A DNA stretch of 32,000 nucleotides from Mycobacterium leprae TN (GTDB taxonomy: Bacteria > Actinomycetota > Actinomycetes > Mycobacteriales > Mycobacteriaceae). The stretch spans positions 1,590,001 through 1,622,000 of the forward strand of contig NC_002677.1 in the NCBI RefSeq assembly GCF_000195855.1, given 5' to 3'. Made by a program: the position numbers and the translations under genes. Positions 1-10,334 of the stretch are shown here, in pieces. The notes beneath the pieces were generated by a model that saw only the letters and a list, made by a program, of their open reading frames with translations, did not search any database and was not told where the DNA came from. Within the stretch, counting starts at the first letter, position 1. The number at the start of each line of letters is the position of its first letter.

Positions 1-1069
1 GCGGTCGCACGCAAAGTGTTGCCCGTTGCTGGACTTGCGGGATATTTCGTACACTCGTACCGGGCACGGTGTCGGCCTGTCGATCTATGAAGCACCCTCA
101 TATCGTTAGCGGCAACGATTTGCCGATGGTTGCCGGCATGGCCTTTTTGTTGAGCCGGGGATCTATTTGTCTGGGCGTTGGGATGCGCGAATCGAAGACA
201 TCGTTGTCGTGATCGAGAATGGCGCGTTCTCGATTAACAACCGGTCGCATGAGCTGATCGTTGTGCCAGTCGTCAACGGTGTACTGGCTCGTTAATGGTC
301 TTGCAGGACTCGAACCAGGTGCAATGGTAATTGGCAGCGGTCTTGTTGCCGGCTCCTGGAGTGTGCCGACAGCCATCGCCGTTGGCCGTCAATGCGGCGA
401 TCAAAAACTGAACACGTGGCCGGTTAAGAGTTTACACAACCGAATAACCGTGCCAAGCCCGCGCTGTCCGCAACCGATTGCTTGATCGTTGGACCCGCAG
501 CGGGGAAAAGTTGCAACACACGATAAATGCTCGTACACGAAATCTCGATCGTTGATGCCCAGGCTGCTGTTGGGACGCCGGATTAACCGAATCGATGTGG
601 CCGATCCACTGCCCACAACCATCATCTCCTTCCTCCAGCGTCACTACAACGGTTTGTGAAGTGTTGCTCAGCTCGGCGAATCGCCGTTTGGTCACTACAC
701 AACAGCACAAAACCGTTGTCTATCGCAGTCGCGGATACTCGTATGGCCAGGGCTGATCCATCTAATGTGTAGTGAGTGGTGTGCAGAAGACCGCCGTCAT
801 CGACCAATGGCACCCGGTTCAATCGGCGTGCCAACGATTTCGCTGACTGGCCGCCCCAGTGCATTTGCCGCAAGATGTCGAGTGCATTTGCCGCAAGATG
901 TCGTTAGTGGTCCCGGCGATGGGATTCCAGCTCGTTACGAGGAAGCTGAACGTGCTGACTATAACATATAACAGCGCAGCTCACATGAGCGACCAAGGAG
1001 TCCTGGTAGCGCAGCGTTTTTTAACCGCTTGGGCACTAAATCGCGTGAATTCTTTTATTGGCTAATGCT

Positions 1070-1330
1070 ACCCATACGGTGAGCACGGAGTCCGATTGCA
1101 CATAAGTCAGGGTGCCGTCCAAGCGGAGCAGGGCGGCCTTAGCCAGGTCGATCGTGTCTTAAATGTGGCGAAGCGATGCGTTCGAACATCGCAGTAACTG
1201 AATCAGGGTGCACAAATCCCTTGATCGGGTGGCAAAGAAACGGCTCGCCCGACATTCTGCCAAACCACCTGACTTTAGTAGGGTTCACATATACAAGCCG
1301 GCCACTTTCGTGTACGCAAATCAATCATGT
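1070..1330 (-). pseudogene. Decayed PAS-type sensory module fragment
   Basis: Minus-strand peptide HESGRLVYVNPTKVRWFGRMSGEPFLCHPIKGFVHPDSVTAMFERIAS resembles a PAS fold. After a frameshift near 1140 it continues as AKAALLRLDGTLTYVQSDSVLTVW. No full-length frame. Confidence 0.6.
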
Positions 1331-1824
1331 GGCGGCAGTGGTCGATCAGCCGCTGGTAATGCTGCTAGACAAGCTACTCGTCACCGCGATTATTTTCGCT
1401 TCACAAACCCGACATGCGCGTGTGAATTACCGCACTGACATGTTTGCGCGCCACGTCAAAACCTTCATCATCTTCTTCAAGTCGATGCTGTCACATATTG
1501 GCAGTAGAGTCGGTGCTGATAAGACTCAATGAGCGGTCGTAAGAAGAAATGCTGCTTAGAGCCGCTGTTGTTGGGTCATTCGCCAGCAAACCATTCATTC
1601 CTGGCAGGGTCTTACACGCTTCACCGTAGTGTGCCCGTGCACGAGGATCTCACACGTCCATCGCACTGCTACAGGGACCTGCCCTACAACCGCTTATAGG
1701 GCGTCCCCTGAATAGAACACAAATCAAAGACGACATGTGATAGGAACCCTCTTGACTCAGAGGCTCGTTGATCTGGGCGTCAGAAAAAATTTTCGGGAGC
1801 TCAAGAAAGGCCCTTATGGCGATA

Positions 1825-2784
1825 GTAGGCAGTTTGCACATGCATAGGCAGCAGATTACCTTAGATTACATCGACGACGATGGTTTGGTATACGAGGGTA
1901 AGGTCTATCTGGCGACCCGCAAGATGTTGTGGAGTTGGCTAGTTGAGCATTCATTGCCCGGATGAGAATGCGGGTTGCGCGCTAGAGGGCTGTACCGGTT
2001 GGGCGGTATGTATGTGAGGAACTGGCGGCCGCGAGTGTGAGAGTAAACCTGAGTGATCCGACTGAAGTTGCTGTGTTGCGGGGTCACAAGAAGCCCGTCA
2101 AGACTGGTTGCGCCAATGCGAAGCTGCTGTTGGAGGGCCGGTTATCTTTTGCACTGATGGACCAGTAGCGGGCGTGGCCGTAACTTATCCATGCTCAGTG
2201 GTTCCACTAGGGGATGCCTGCCGAGCAAAGCGTTGTTGGCGGCAGTGGGTTGTCAGGTGTTGGACAGCACTGAATTCTTAACTATCGGACGATAGTACGT
2301 TGACACGGCGCTGTGGCACATTGATGAGCTGATTACCCAGGTAGAGTCGCTACGAACAAAATTAGTGAACTTCGCCAAGCGCCAACGAGGCTACCAGGTG
2401 TTGCAGCGCAACTATGGCATCGGTTGGCTGTACGCGGCAGATCATGTGGACCGGGCTCGGTGACTCCGCCAGTTTTCCAGTTCCGATCAACTGGTGCGGT
2501 TTGCGTCACCGTCGGCAAGTCCTCACTGGGGCATATGTTGCGGCAGGGTTTGCCGGAGCTACGGTGGGTCGTGTTCGAGGCGTCCAAGTGCGTGGTCCAG
2601 CGTAGTTCCCCAGATTACGACTACTACCAGTAAGCTGGTGACCAAAAGCGACGGCCACAACGGCAAGAATCCCACCCTGGCGGTGGAGCGCAAGGTCATG
2701 CTTCGCTGCTACCGCACGTTCCGGGAATTCGGTGATACCGCGCCGGCACTGCCCGTTCCCCCACCGCAGGAGGTAGCCGCCTAA
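1825..2784 (+). pseudogene. IS110-family (IS1110/IS1558-like) transposase pseudogene, with frameshifts and stops
   Basis: Pieces match the IS110-family pattern in order: LHMHRQQITLDYIDDDGLVYEGKVYLATRKMLWSWLVEH; RGCLPSKALLAAVGCQVLDSTEFLTIGR*YVDTALWHIDELITQVESLRTKLVNFAKRQRGYQVLQRNYGIGWL; SSDQLVRFA; SPDYDYYQ; GKNPTLAVERKVMLRCYRTFREFGDTA. Confidence 0.82.
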
Positions 2785-3490
2785 AGGCGGCGGGGCGACA
2801 CACAGCAGGGTGTTCAGCTGATCAATGTCAGTGTTGCTCAGCGTTAGGTGATGGTGCGTGTATTGGTGCTGAACAGAATTCGCAGAATCGCGGTTTGGCA
2901 GATCGAATATTAGTGAGTTGGTTAGCCACCGTTGCTGTGTTAATGCGGCAGGTTAAACCTTTGGTAGGTCAGGAAGCTAGTATCTTTCGATGAATTACGT
3001 CAGCTTGAATTACGTTGATGCCAAGTATAATTCGGTTGACGACATATTATCGAGCCCACACCGCTCACCAAGAACGCCACGATCAGCATTCGTGAGACTG
3101 CAAGTCAGGCATTGCCAGGACTGCTGCAGCGGCTTCCCGCCCTGTTGAAGTAGGCGTAGCGCTCTCTCGGGGTTGAATTGTACTTTGTGTGCATGTTCTG
3201 TTGTGGGGGTGGAGTAAAGGGTGGCGGTGTGTTGCAGTGTTGTGAGTTGATGTGATCGATCGTTAACCGTTCGTTTGGGTTGGGTGGGGGTGGGGATCGT
3301 GCGTGAGATCACCAGCAAGGGTGGGGCCCGCGTGTTTGCGGGTTGCTTTGGGGGTTGCACTGATTCGACACCAACTATGCTGGCTAAGACGCTCAATCGG
3401 GTTACTGAGCTTGTATTGCTTAGCTATGCAGTGAGCAGTGGGCCCAGTGGCTTTAAAGGCCGGCAAGGTGAGCGTTGTGGGCAGCTGCGT

Positions 3491-3690
3491 ACGGAGATAG
3501 ACATGTGTGCTGGCCAAGAAGTACAGTCCCGAACAAATTGTGGGGGTGTTGGCCCAAAACCTATCCCGACCGGCCCGAAAGATGCAGGTGTCCTATAAAA
3601 CACTTCAACATCGAGTCCAAGCTCAACCAACATGTGCGCACTGGGTGGATGTTCCGCACGCTGAGGGCACAGCACGCTAAAACCGGGCAC
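3491..3690 (+). pseudogene. Possible IS30-like transposase remnant
   Basis: VLAKKYSPEQIVGVLAQNLSRPARKMQVSYKTLQHRVQ, then QHVRTGWMFRTLRAQHAKTG in another frame, resembles the IS30-family 'SPEQIAG.L....P....VSHETIY' followed by 'LRTGR.LRR' pattern. Short and frameshifted. Confidence 0.33.
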
Positions 3691-4239
3691 CACCATTATT
3701 CTCTAGGTATGGCCACCACCAGTGCACGTCCCGCGAAAACTACACGACCGTGTGGTGCTCTAACCTCATAGCATTGGGCGGATGATGTAATCATCGGCAA
3801 AAATTAGACCCCCAAATCGGCGCCCTGGCCGAACACAAGTAGCGGATTCGTGCAGCTGCTACACCTATCCAAGGACCACAGCACTGATGTGATCACTGCG
3901 GCCATGATCAACCACAAGACAACGCCCTACCACAGAATCGCTGTACAACCCCAGCGTGAGACCAAGACCTCGAAACGACTCTCATACCCGCATCACCACG
4001 GCATCGATACCGACCTTTGCGACCTGACGCACCGACCCGCCAATACACTGACCCACCACCCTTTACTCCACCCCCACACATGTCGCAGCGACCATTTAAG
4101 TGTTTTTGCAATCCAACTTGACGTTAAGGCCTCTGTTGGGTCTTAGGACGTTGCTGATTTGGGCTCGGTTTTGGCGTGATTGAGCGTATCCACCAGCGTG
4201 CGCGGCGCTGGTGGATAAGCTAGTCCAGGATGCCTAGAC

Positions 4240-4960
4240 TGCGTTGATGGTTTTGGGTTGGCCACGAAGTGAACGGGCTGCCCGCCACGAGCACACGTCA
4301 TAAGATCACGCCTTGGACGGCTCTAAACCCCATCTCGCGGTTGATCCCGGAGCATGGAGTGCAGGTTACTTCCTTGGGCTAGAAGGTTGCCGTATGTGCC
4401 GCCGACGGCCGGATCATCGATGCACTGTTCACTAACACGATACTGCTGCACCCGGCGGCATGCCTGCTTGCTGGCTGAGGGCCGGTCAACAAGCCGCCGA
4501 CACCGATACCAGCGGCAGAAATGGTGCAAGGGATAACATCAGGTGCGAATAGTTATACCGTGCACGGGGACGTGCCTGTTCAGGTGCGGCCACATTGACC
4601 ACGCCGACACCTCAAGGCCATGACATGCACACTAAAACGCCCCTACCCCGCGGCGCTAACAACTATCCTCACACTCACGCCTGCATCGATATCGCCTTCA
4701 GCACAGCCCAGGTGCCCAGCCCCTGGCATCATCAACATGTAGACCAAGCAGCATCCACCACCGACATGCTTACGTGCGCCGCGCTAATCGTGTCCACTGC
4801 GGCAAAGCACACGAAGCCTCATCGAAAGCAGGCAGTCAGCCACCCACCAACAAAAACCCCGCAACACAGCAAAACACGTCAACAGGATTCCGGGCTGCCC
4901 CCCACGACTACCGAACATATCGGCCAGTCATAAAACGCAAAAACAGCCATTTCACCCACC
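4240..4960. repeat. RLEP dispersed repeat of M. leprae (boundaries approximate)
   Basis: Exact RLEP primer sequence CACCGATACCAGCGGCAGAA at 4501-4520 and exact reverse complement of primer TGCATGTCATGGCCTTGAGG at 4610-4629, giving the published 129-bp amplicon. The element ends are estimated, not read. Confidence 0.85.
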
Positions 4961-5009
4961 ACCTATGAAACCAACCGAACAACTCACCGCCACAGACACA
5001 AGACCGAGT

Positions 5010-5378
5010 TTATGCAGTAGTGTTGATTCGTCGGCTAGCCTTCTCTGGAGGACACGTGGCTAAGGTTACTGTGGCAATTTGCTCATAGCACCTCGGTGTG
5101 GGTCATCTCCAGTGAGCTATCGGAACACAGGGTCACGGCACTCGAACGCGAAGGGCCAAGGAACGACAACAAACTGTAGTTTGACTCGAATTTCTCTGTT
5201 TTGCAGAAAAATTTAGATATATGTAGGTTCGGCCTTGGTAGACGACCTGGGGCTTGGTGTCGGTGTACTCGCCAGTGAATGGTGGCTTGGTGCCGGGGAG
5301 CCGAAACACGTCAAGTTCCTTCTGGCTGAATTTCTTACGCCACTCGTCGTTGGAGAGTTCAAGTGACAGACTAGGCAA
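5010..5378 (-). pseudogene. msrB: Decayed methionine sulfoxide reductase B (Rv2674-like)
   Basis: Minus-strand LSNDEWRKKFSQKELDVFRLPGTKPPFTGEYTDTKPQVVYQ matches the MsrB N-terminus. Frameshifted remains CSDSSLEMTHTEV, ANCHSNLSHV and NQHYCIK match the C-terminal [24 protein letters not shown]...RYCIN region. The middle is lost. Confidence 0.85.
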
Positions 5379-5448
5379 TTTTGCGCCACGACTCTTTCGT
5401 TGCTTCGTCCCCCGTAGGGGGGATCTACACTGCGTTGTTGCTAACGCG

Positions 5449-6771
5449 CTATGCGTTCACGCTAGCGCGCTCCCGCTCTGCCGTCAGCCATGCCGGATCA
5501 ATTCCGTGATCCAGCCGATTTTCGGCTTTGGCGTCTAGATAGCGGAAGCACAGCACTGTGGACACCACGATCAGCAGCAGTGACCAGCCGTAGGTGATTT
5601 TCAGATATTCCAGCGCCCGGCCATAGCGCATCCAGTTGAACAGCAGCCAGCGGTCCAGCGTCAAAAAGCCGTAGATTCCCAGCCAAGCTGGCCAGTTGCG
5701 GATCAGGGAGTTCGGTAGCACCACCGTCATCAGGAACGGGAACAGCATCATCGAGTAGTATCCCTGCGCTAGCGGCAGCACCAGCCACGACCACAGCAGC
5801 AACACGCCCGTCGAGCAGGTGAACCAGAACAGTGGATCGCGGGTGCGGTAGTAGCGGTTTAGCAGCCACAAGCTGCAGATGGCCAAAACTGTGAACAGCA
5901 GCCGCAGGAACACGATCAGCCAAGTGGGCAGGCCGAAGTAGACTCCGTTGCCTTCGATTGAGCTGTTGAAGTAGTCACGGGTGCCCAGGATGTAGGGCAC
6001 TGTGCGCGTGAAGAAGTCCATCGGATGGCTCACCAACGGCAGCGCGGCGAGGTTGATGACCACGGGCAGTGCGATGGCAGGCACTAGTGCCTGCCACTGA
6101 CGATTCAGCAGTGGCAGGCACAATAGGGGACCGAGCAGCGGTTTGAGCACCAGTGTCAACCCGATCGCGCCGCCAGCCCACCACTGCTGGCTGACCGTCT
6201 TGGGTTCGGAGCCGTTGATCAGCCACCACAAAAACAGCACTTCCAGCAGCATTATGCAGCCGTTGATGTTGGTGAACACCAGCGTGCTGGTCACGGTCTC
6301 GGTGCAGAACATAGCCAGCAGCAGGGTGGGTGCAGCCACCGAGGACAATGTGTACTTGAACAACCGCAGGATCAGGTACCAGGCGATCAGGATGGCTCCG
6401 GTGTTGATCAGGATGAACAGATAGCGTGACGGTGCAAATGGGAGATATCCGAACGGCGCCATCAGCAGTGTGCCGCCGGGTGGGTAAAGGTAGTGCGGGT
6501 CTACGTAGTCGAAGTGCTCATTGTAGATGTCCCAGCCGTGCCGAAAGTTCAGCACCGCGCGGTAGACCGGTTTGAAATCGTCGGTAATGTTGCCATTGGT
6601 CGTGATCACGGTGCTGCGGTGCAGCACCGAAAGAATGGCCGCTGGCCACAATGCTGACCGCACGATTGTCGCCGTGCTCGGTGTGTGGGTGCGGGGATGG
6701 AATACGGCTAGCAACCAATTGCGCAAGCCGGTTTGAGTCGAGTCAGCTGCTGTCACCAGCGCACCGTACAC
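5449..6771 (-). CDS. aftC: AftC-type alpha-(1->3)-arabinofuranosyltransferase, multi-pass membrane protein (Rv2673-like)
   Basis: 440-aa intact ORF with many hydrophobic helices (GT87-like, e.g. YVDPHYLYPPGGTLLMAPFGYLPF). Gene order next to Rv2672-, Rv2671- and msrB-like genes. Confidence 0.85.
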   Translation of the reverse strand: MYGALVTAADSTQTGLRNWLLAVFHPRTHTPSTATIVRSALWPAAILSVLHRSTVITTNGNITDDFKPVYRAVLNFRHGWDIYNEHFDYVDPHYLYPPGGTLLMAPFGYLPFAPSRYLFILINTGAILIAWYLILRLFKYTLSSVAAPTLLLAMFCTETVTSTLVFTNINGCIMLLEVLFLWWLINGSEPKTVSQQWWAGGAIGLTLVLKPLLGPLLCLPLLNRQWQALVPAIALPVVINLAALPLVSHPMDFFTRTVPYILGTRDYFNSSIEGNGVYFGLPTWLIVFLRLLFTVLAICSLWLLNRYYRTRDPLFWFTCSTGVLLLWSWLVLPLAQGYYSMMLFPFLMTVVLPNSLIRNWPAWLGIYGFLTLDRWLLFNWMRYGRALEYLKITYGWSLLLIVVSTVLCFRYLDAKAENRLDHGIDPAWLTAERERASVNA

Positions 6772-6790
6772 CGGAGCTGGGACGCAAGTA

Positions 6791-8440
6791 TTAGGCGGGA
6801 CAGTAGGTGTCAGTTGCGGGTAGCTTGCCGCTAGTTAGATAGCCGATGATGGGCGGGACCGCACAGGCCGAATAGATGCTTGCACCATGGCCGATGCCCT
6901 GCCACATCACCCGTTTGCTGGCGGCGTTGGCGTTGATAATGGCGGCCGTTGTCGCGGCGACCCCTTCAAAGCCCACAATCGGGTCGTTTTGTACATCCAG
7001 TACCATGACGTCGATCTTGAGGTTCTTTGGCGGTTGCGGCGTTGTGCCTGTGGGCCAGTGCACACATTTTACCAAGTTGAGTGCGCCGACCGTGCCGAAC
7101 TCGGGATACAATTTCCCCCATGCAACGACCAGTTCGCGAACGCGGTCGGGGGTCGGGCGGTTGAGTGCGTCGCTGCAATCGTTGACAAACTGGCCGTCTG
7201 AATCCTGTGTGGCGTCGGAGCGGTGGATCAAGTTGGTCAACGGATTGGCGTCGCCGCTGCGGGCGGCCGCGAGCGCGTTGGCCAGGCTCATGGTCGTGCC
7301 GACCCGGTCACCTGAAGGGAAACCCAAAGAGACAGTGATGGCGTTGGTTACTGCGGCCACCGATGCACCGCCGGGCCCTTTACCGGCGTGGGCGGCAGCC
7401 AGCAGCGCAGTGACGGCGCTCTTCGGATCGGGTCCTAGCGCACATTTCAGCGCAACGCATTGCGCAGCGAACGTATCGAGCGCGGCCTGCTGGCCCCTGA
7501 CTTGTTGCTCGGCGGCAGCTTCGGTCTTGATCCCCAATGCAATCGGGGAGTCGAGGATCAACCTCGCGACCCGGTCGGGACGCGACGCAGCGTAGGCTAA
7601 TGCTACCTCGGCCCCGTTGCCGATCCCGATCAGCGCGAGTGCGGGTACGTCCCAGAGGTTGCGCAGTCGCTCGATATCAGAGGCGGCGTGTGAGTTGTCG
7701 TAGGCGGAAGTTCCTGGTGTGATGGCGTCGGTGCAGTTGGTGGTGGCGGTGTTTGAAATGTCGGAAAGGTTAGCCACGGGATCGTCGCCGGACTCGAACT
7801 GCGCCTGGTCGCGCATCTTTTGGCGATCGTAGTGGTCGCGGCAGTCGATCGGGTTCGACATGCCTATGCCGCGTCGGTCGACTGCGACGATGGGGTGAGT
7901 GCGGACCACATCGGCGCCCGAGCGTGACAGCCAGACCGGTAGCTGTGCCGACGACGGCAGGTCGGATCCGGTGGTGAAAACCAGGGGGCCTGCGTCGCGT
8001 GGCGTTTGACTGGAGCGGGCGCGGACCGCTCCAATGGTCACGGTCCCAGATCCACCGTTGACTGGGTCGAGGTCGGAGTCGTAGTCCGCACACTCCAACT
8101 GTATGCCGGGTGCCGCTGCGACCCCGGCATCCCTGAATAGCCGTGACGTGCAGTCGTGCCACGACAAGTCCTTTTTGGGTGCAGCGATCAGCAGCGGCCC
8201 GGCGGCCGGTGTAGTGGTGGCGGCCGCGCCTTGCGGTCGAGCACCGGAGTTGGTGGCGAACCGCGGGTTCGCGGCTAGGCCCGGGACACAACCTACCAGC
8301 AATGCGGTAACAGCAACCAAAATCGTGGCGGATCTGGTGTGCCAACGCATGCCGACCACAGTAGCCATTCCCGCCGCCGGGTCAGGCCTTGACGTAGCGG
8401 GTGTAAAGGTAGCCGGCATCGTCAGTGAGAACGTGGGCAC
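6791..8440 (-). CDS. Secreted/lipoprotein alpha/beta-hydrolase peptidase, TAP-like C-terminus (Rv2672-like)
   Basis: 549-aa ORF. Signal peptide with lipobox-like LLVGC, nucleophile region LIGIGNGAEVALAYAASRPDRVARLILDSP, and C-terminal DPIVGFEGVAATTAAI...GIGHGASIYS. The true start may be a downstream ATG. Confidence 0.85.
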   Translation of the reverse strand: MPTFSLTMPATFTPATSRPDPAAGMATVVGMRWHTRSATILVAVTALLVGCVPGLAANPRFATNSGARPQGAAATTTPAAGPLLIAAPKKDLSWHDCTSRLFRDAGVAAAPGIQLECADYDSDLDPVNGGSGTVTIGAVRARSSQTPRDAGPLVFTTGSDLPSSAQLPVWLSRSGADVVRTHPIVAVDRRGIGMSNPIDCRDHYDRQKMRDQAQFESGDDPVANLSDISNTATTNCTDAITPGTSAYDNSHAASDIERLRNLWDVPALALIGIGNGAEVALAYAASRPDRVARLILDSPIALGIKTEAAAEQQVRGQQAALDTFAAQCVALKCALGPDPKSAVTALLAAAHAGKGPGGASVAAVTNAITVSLGFPSGDRVGTTMSLANALAAARSGDANPLTNLIHRSDATQDSDGQFVNDCSDALNRPTPDRVRELVVAWGKLYPEFGTVGALNLVKCVHWPTGTTPQPPKNLKIDVMVLDVQNDPIVGFEGVAATTAAIINANAASKRVMWQGIGHGASIYSACAVPPIIGYLTSGKLPATDTYCPA

Positions 8441-9188
8441 AGCGCATACGGGTGAGCAGCTGCTCCGGGCCTGTCGCGATACGTCGAGCCCGGCCGCCCA
8501 CTATCAAAGGTGCGATGGTCAGACACAGCTCGTCGAGCATGCCGTGCTGGATAAACGAGCCGAGCAGCATCGGCCCGCCTTCGGTAAGGACCCGGCGCAG
8601 ACCGCGAGTCTGTAGGGTCGCCAATACGACAGTCTCGTCGACCTTGCTGGGATCGTCGCCAGAGCAGCTGACCACGTAGGCAAGATCAGCTAACCGCGTG
8701 CGCAGCTTCTTGGCGGTCTCCGTACAGGTGAGCACCAGTGGTGCTATCTCGGTCCGGGTAAACACCGCCATATCCCGATCCAGCCGACCCGAATTTGTGA
8801 CAATCGCTAATTGGGGGACTTCACTTTGGCCGCGGGCCTGCCGCTGCTGGCGCTTGGTTACCGGCAGGTGCGCGCCGGAATAGTTCTCGATCCGTACGGT
8901 GCCCGCGCCGACGACGATCACATCAGCGAGTTCGCGCAGCATGTTGAACACAAATCGGTCGCCTGGCCCTGCCATGGCGCCGGTCCTGCCGTCGGCGGTG
9001 GCACCGCCGTCTATACTGGTGATGAAGTTTGCCCGTATCCAGACGCCGGCGCGTTCGGACGGGTAGCCGTAGAGCTGGGAGAGTTCGTCGTCGTCGAGAT
9101 AGCGCCCAGAGGTGAGCATTAACAGCGGCGTCTGGGCGGCTCGGCCAGCGGTGGTGCTGGCTGCTGGACCGGTTTCAAAGTCGGACAT
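8382..9188 (-). CDS. ribD: RibD C-terminal-type pyrimidine reductase / riboflavin biosynthesis protein (Rv2671-like)
   Basis: 268-aa ORF with NFITSIDGGATADGRTGAMAGPGDRFVFNMLRELADVIVVGAGTVRIENY and VLTEGGPMLLGSFIQHGMLDELCLTIAPLIVGG. Confidence 0.87.
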   Translation of the reverse strand: MSDFETGPAASTTAGRAAQTPLLMLTSGRYLDDDELSQLYGYPSERAGVWIRANFITSIDGGATADGRTGAMAGPGDRFVFNMLRELADVIVVGAGTVRIENYSGAHLPVTKRQQRQARGQSEVPQLAIVTNSGRLDRDMAVFTRTEIAPLVLTCTETAKKLRTRLADLAYVVSCSGDDPSKVDETVVLATLQTRGLRRVLTEGGPMLLGSFIQHGMLDELCLTIAPLIVGGRARRIATGPEQLLTRMRCAHVLTDDAGYLYTRYVKA

Positions 9189-9206
9189 CCGTTTGATTGC
9201 AGCACG

Positions 9207-10334
9207 TTGCTACAGTGTCTTCAATGTACAGGTCCATCTCTGCAAACCCACCCGAAGCGTCGTTCCGGGTGGGGCACCTGGTGGATCGGCAGCCGACGGT
9301 GTCGCCGGAGCGACTGATTGCTCAGCTAACGCCGCCGCCAACGTTCACCTAGGTGAGCTTCGCGACTTACCGTCCCGACCCGGCGGAACCCGACCCAGGC
9401 AGCAGCGATTGGAGTCTGTAAGGAGTTCTGCCGCGGCAGGCCGTAGCACGCCGGGCGGGCCGGAAGAAATTGCTGGGAAAACGGGTGGTTCTGCCTGGTG
9501 TTGGGTTGTACTTGGAAGGCGGGTTCGGCGTGGGCAAGACTCATCTGGCTGGCATCGGCCTACTACCAATTGCCCGGCCTTGGGCCAGCTAGTGCGGAGG
9601 ACGCTGCAGGAAGTCTCAAAGCATTCGCAACATTTGGGGCGCTGACTCAGCTGGCCGGTGTTTTGGTTTCGTCGAATGCATCGATCTGCTAGCCAAGTAC
9701 ACGGCGGTGTGCATTGATGAGTTTGAACTGGACGATCCGGGTAACACCACGCTGATCTCGCGGATGCTCTCGGCATTAGTCGAGCGTGGTGTGTCAGTGG
9801 TTGCCACTTCTAATACGTCGCCGGAGCAGCTCGGTGAGGACCGTTTTGTCGCACAGGATTTTCTGTGCGGAATCAATACGCTGGCAAAGATTTTTACTAC
9901 AGTCCTGATCGATGGGCCGGACTATCGGCATCGCGACCTGCTGCCTGCGCCTCAGCCTCTGTGGGATGAACAAGTGGCTGCGCGTGCCACACGTGTCCAG
10001 GGGGCCACCGTCGACGACTTCGAAGCTTTGTGCGCGCACCTGGCCACCATCCATCCGTCGCGGTATCTGACATTGATTTCGGGCGTGACTACGGTGTTGT
10101 TGACCGGCGTGCACGGTCTCGATGACCAGAACGTTGCACTGGGGCTGGTGTCGTTGACCGATCGGCTTTATGAAGCCGGTATTAAGTAAGGCGGTGGTGG
10201 TTTCCCGGGAGAAGCTGGACGGTATCTCCAGCGAGGAGATGCTGGCCGGTGGTTACCGAAAGAAGTATCTGCGGGCCACGTCACGGCTGTTGGCACTAAG
10301 CACCGCCGGGGTCAACGAAGCCCGCGCACTATAA
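9207..10334 (+). pseudogene. Decayed AFG1-like (ZapE-type) P-loop ATPase (Rv2670c-like)
   Basis: HLVDRQPTVSPERLIAQLTPP; P-loop LYLEGGFGVGKTHLAG near 9510-9560; AYYQLPGL; AFATFGALTQLAGV; VCIDEFELDDPGNTTLISRMLSALVERGVSVVATSNTSPEQLGEDRF; LTDRLYEAG; EKLDGISSEEMLAGGYRKKYLRATSRLLAL. Distributed over at least three frames. Confidence 0.88.

Noticed and set aside
3010-3396. 128-aa minus-strand ORF (MSVLASIVGVESVQPP...)
   Set aside because: Low-complexity Thr/Pro/Gln-rich composition and overlap with other-frame ORFs of equal quality. No recognisable domain.
3850-4146. 98-aa plus-strand ORF rich in His/Thr/Pro
   Set aside because: Composition fits out-of-frame translation of decayed DNA. No family signature.
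6876-7595. 239-aa plus-strand ORF
   Set aside because: Antisense to the well-supported Rv2672-like CDS; an artefact of GC-rich coding DNA.
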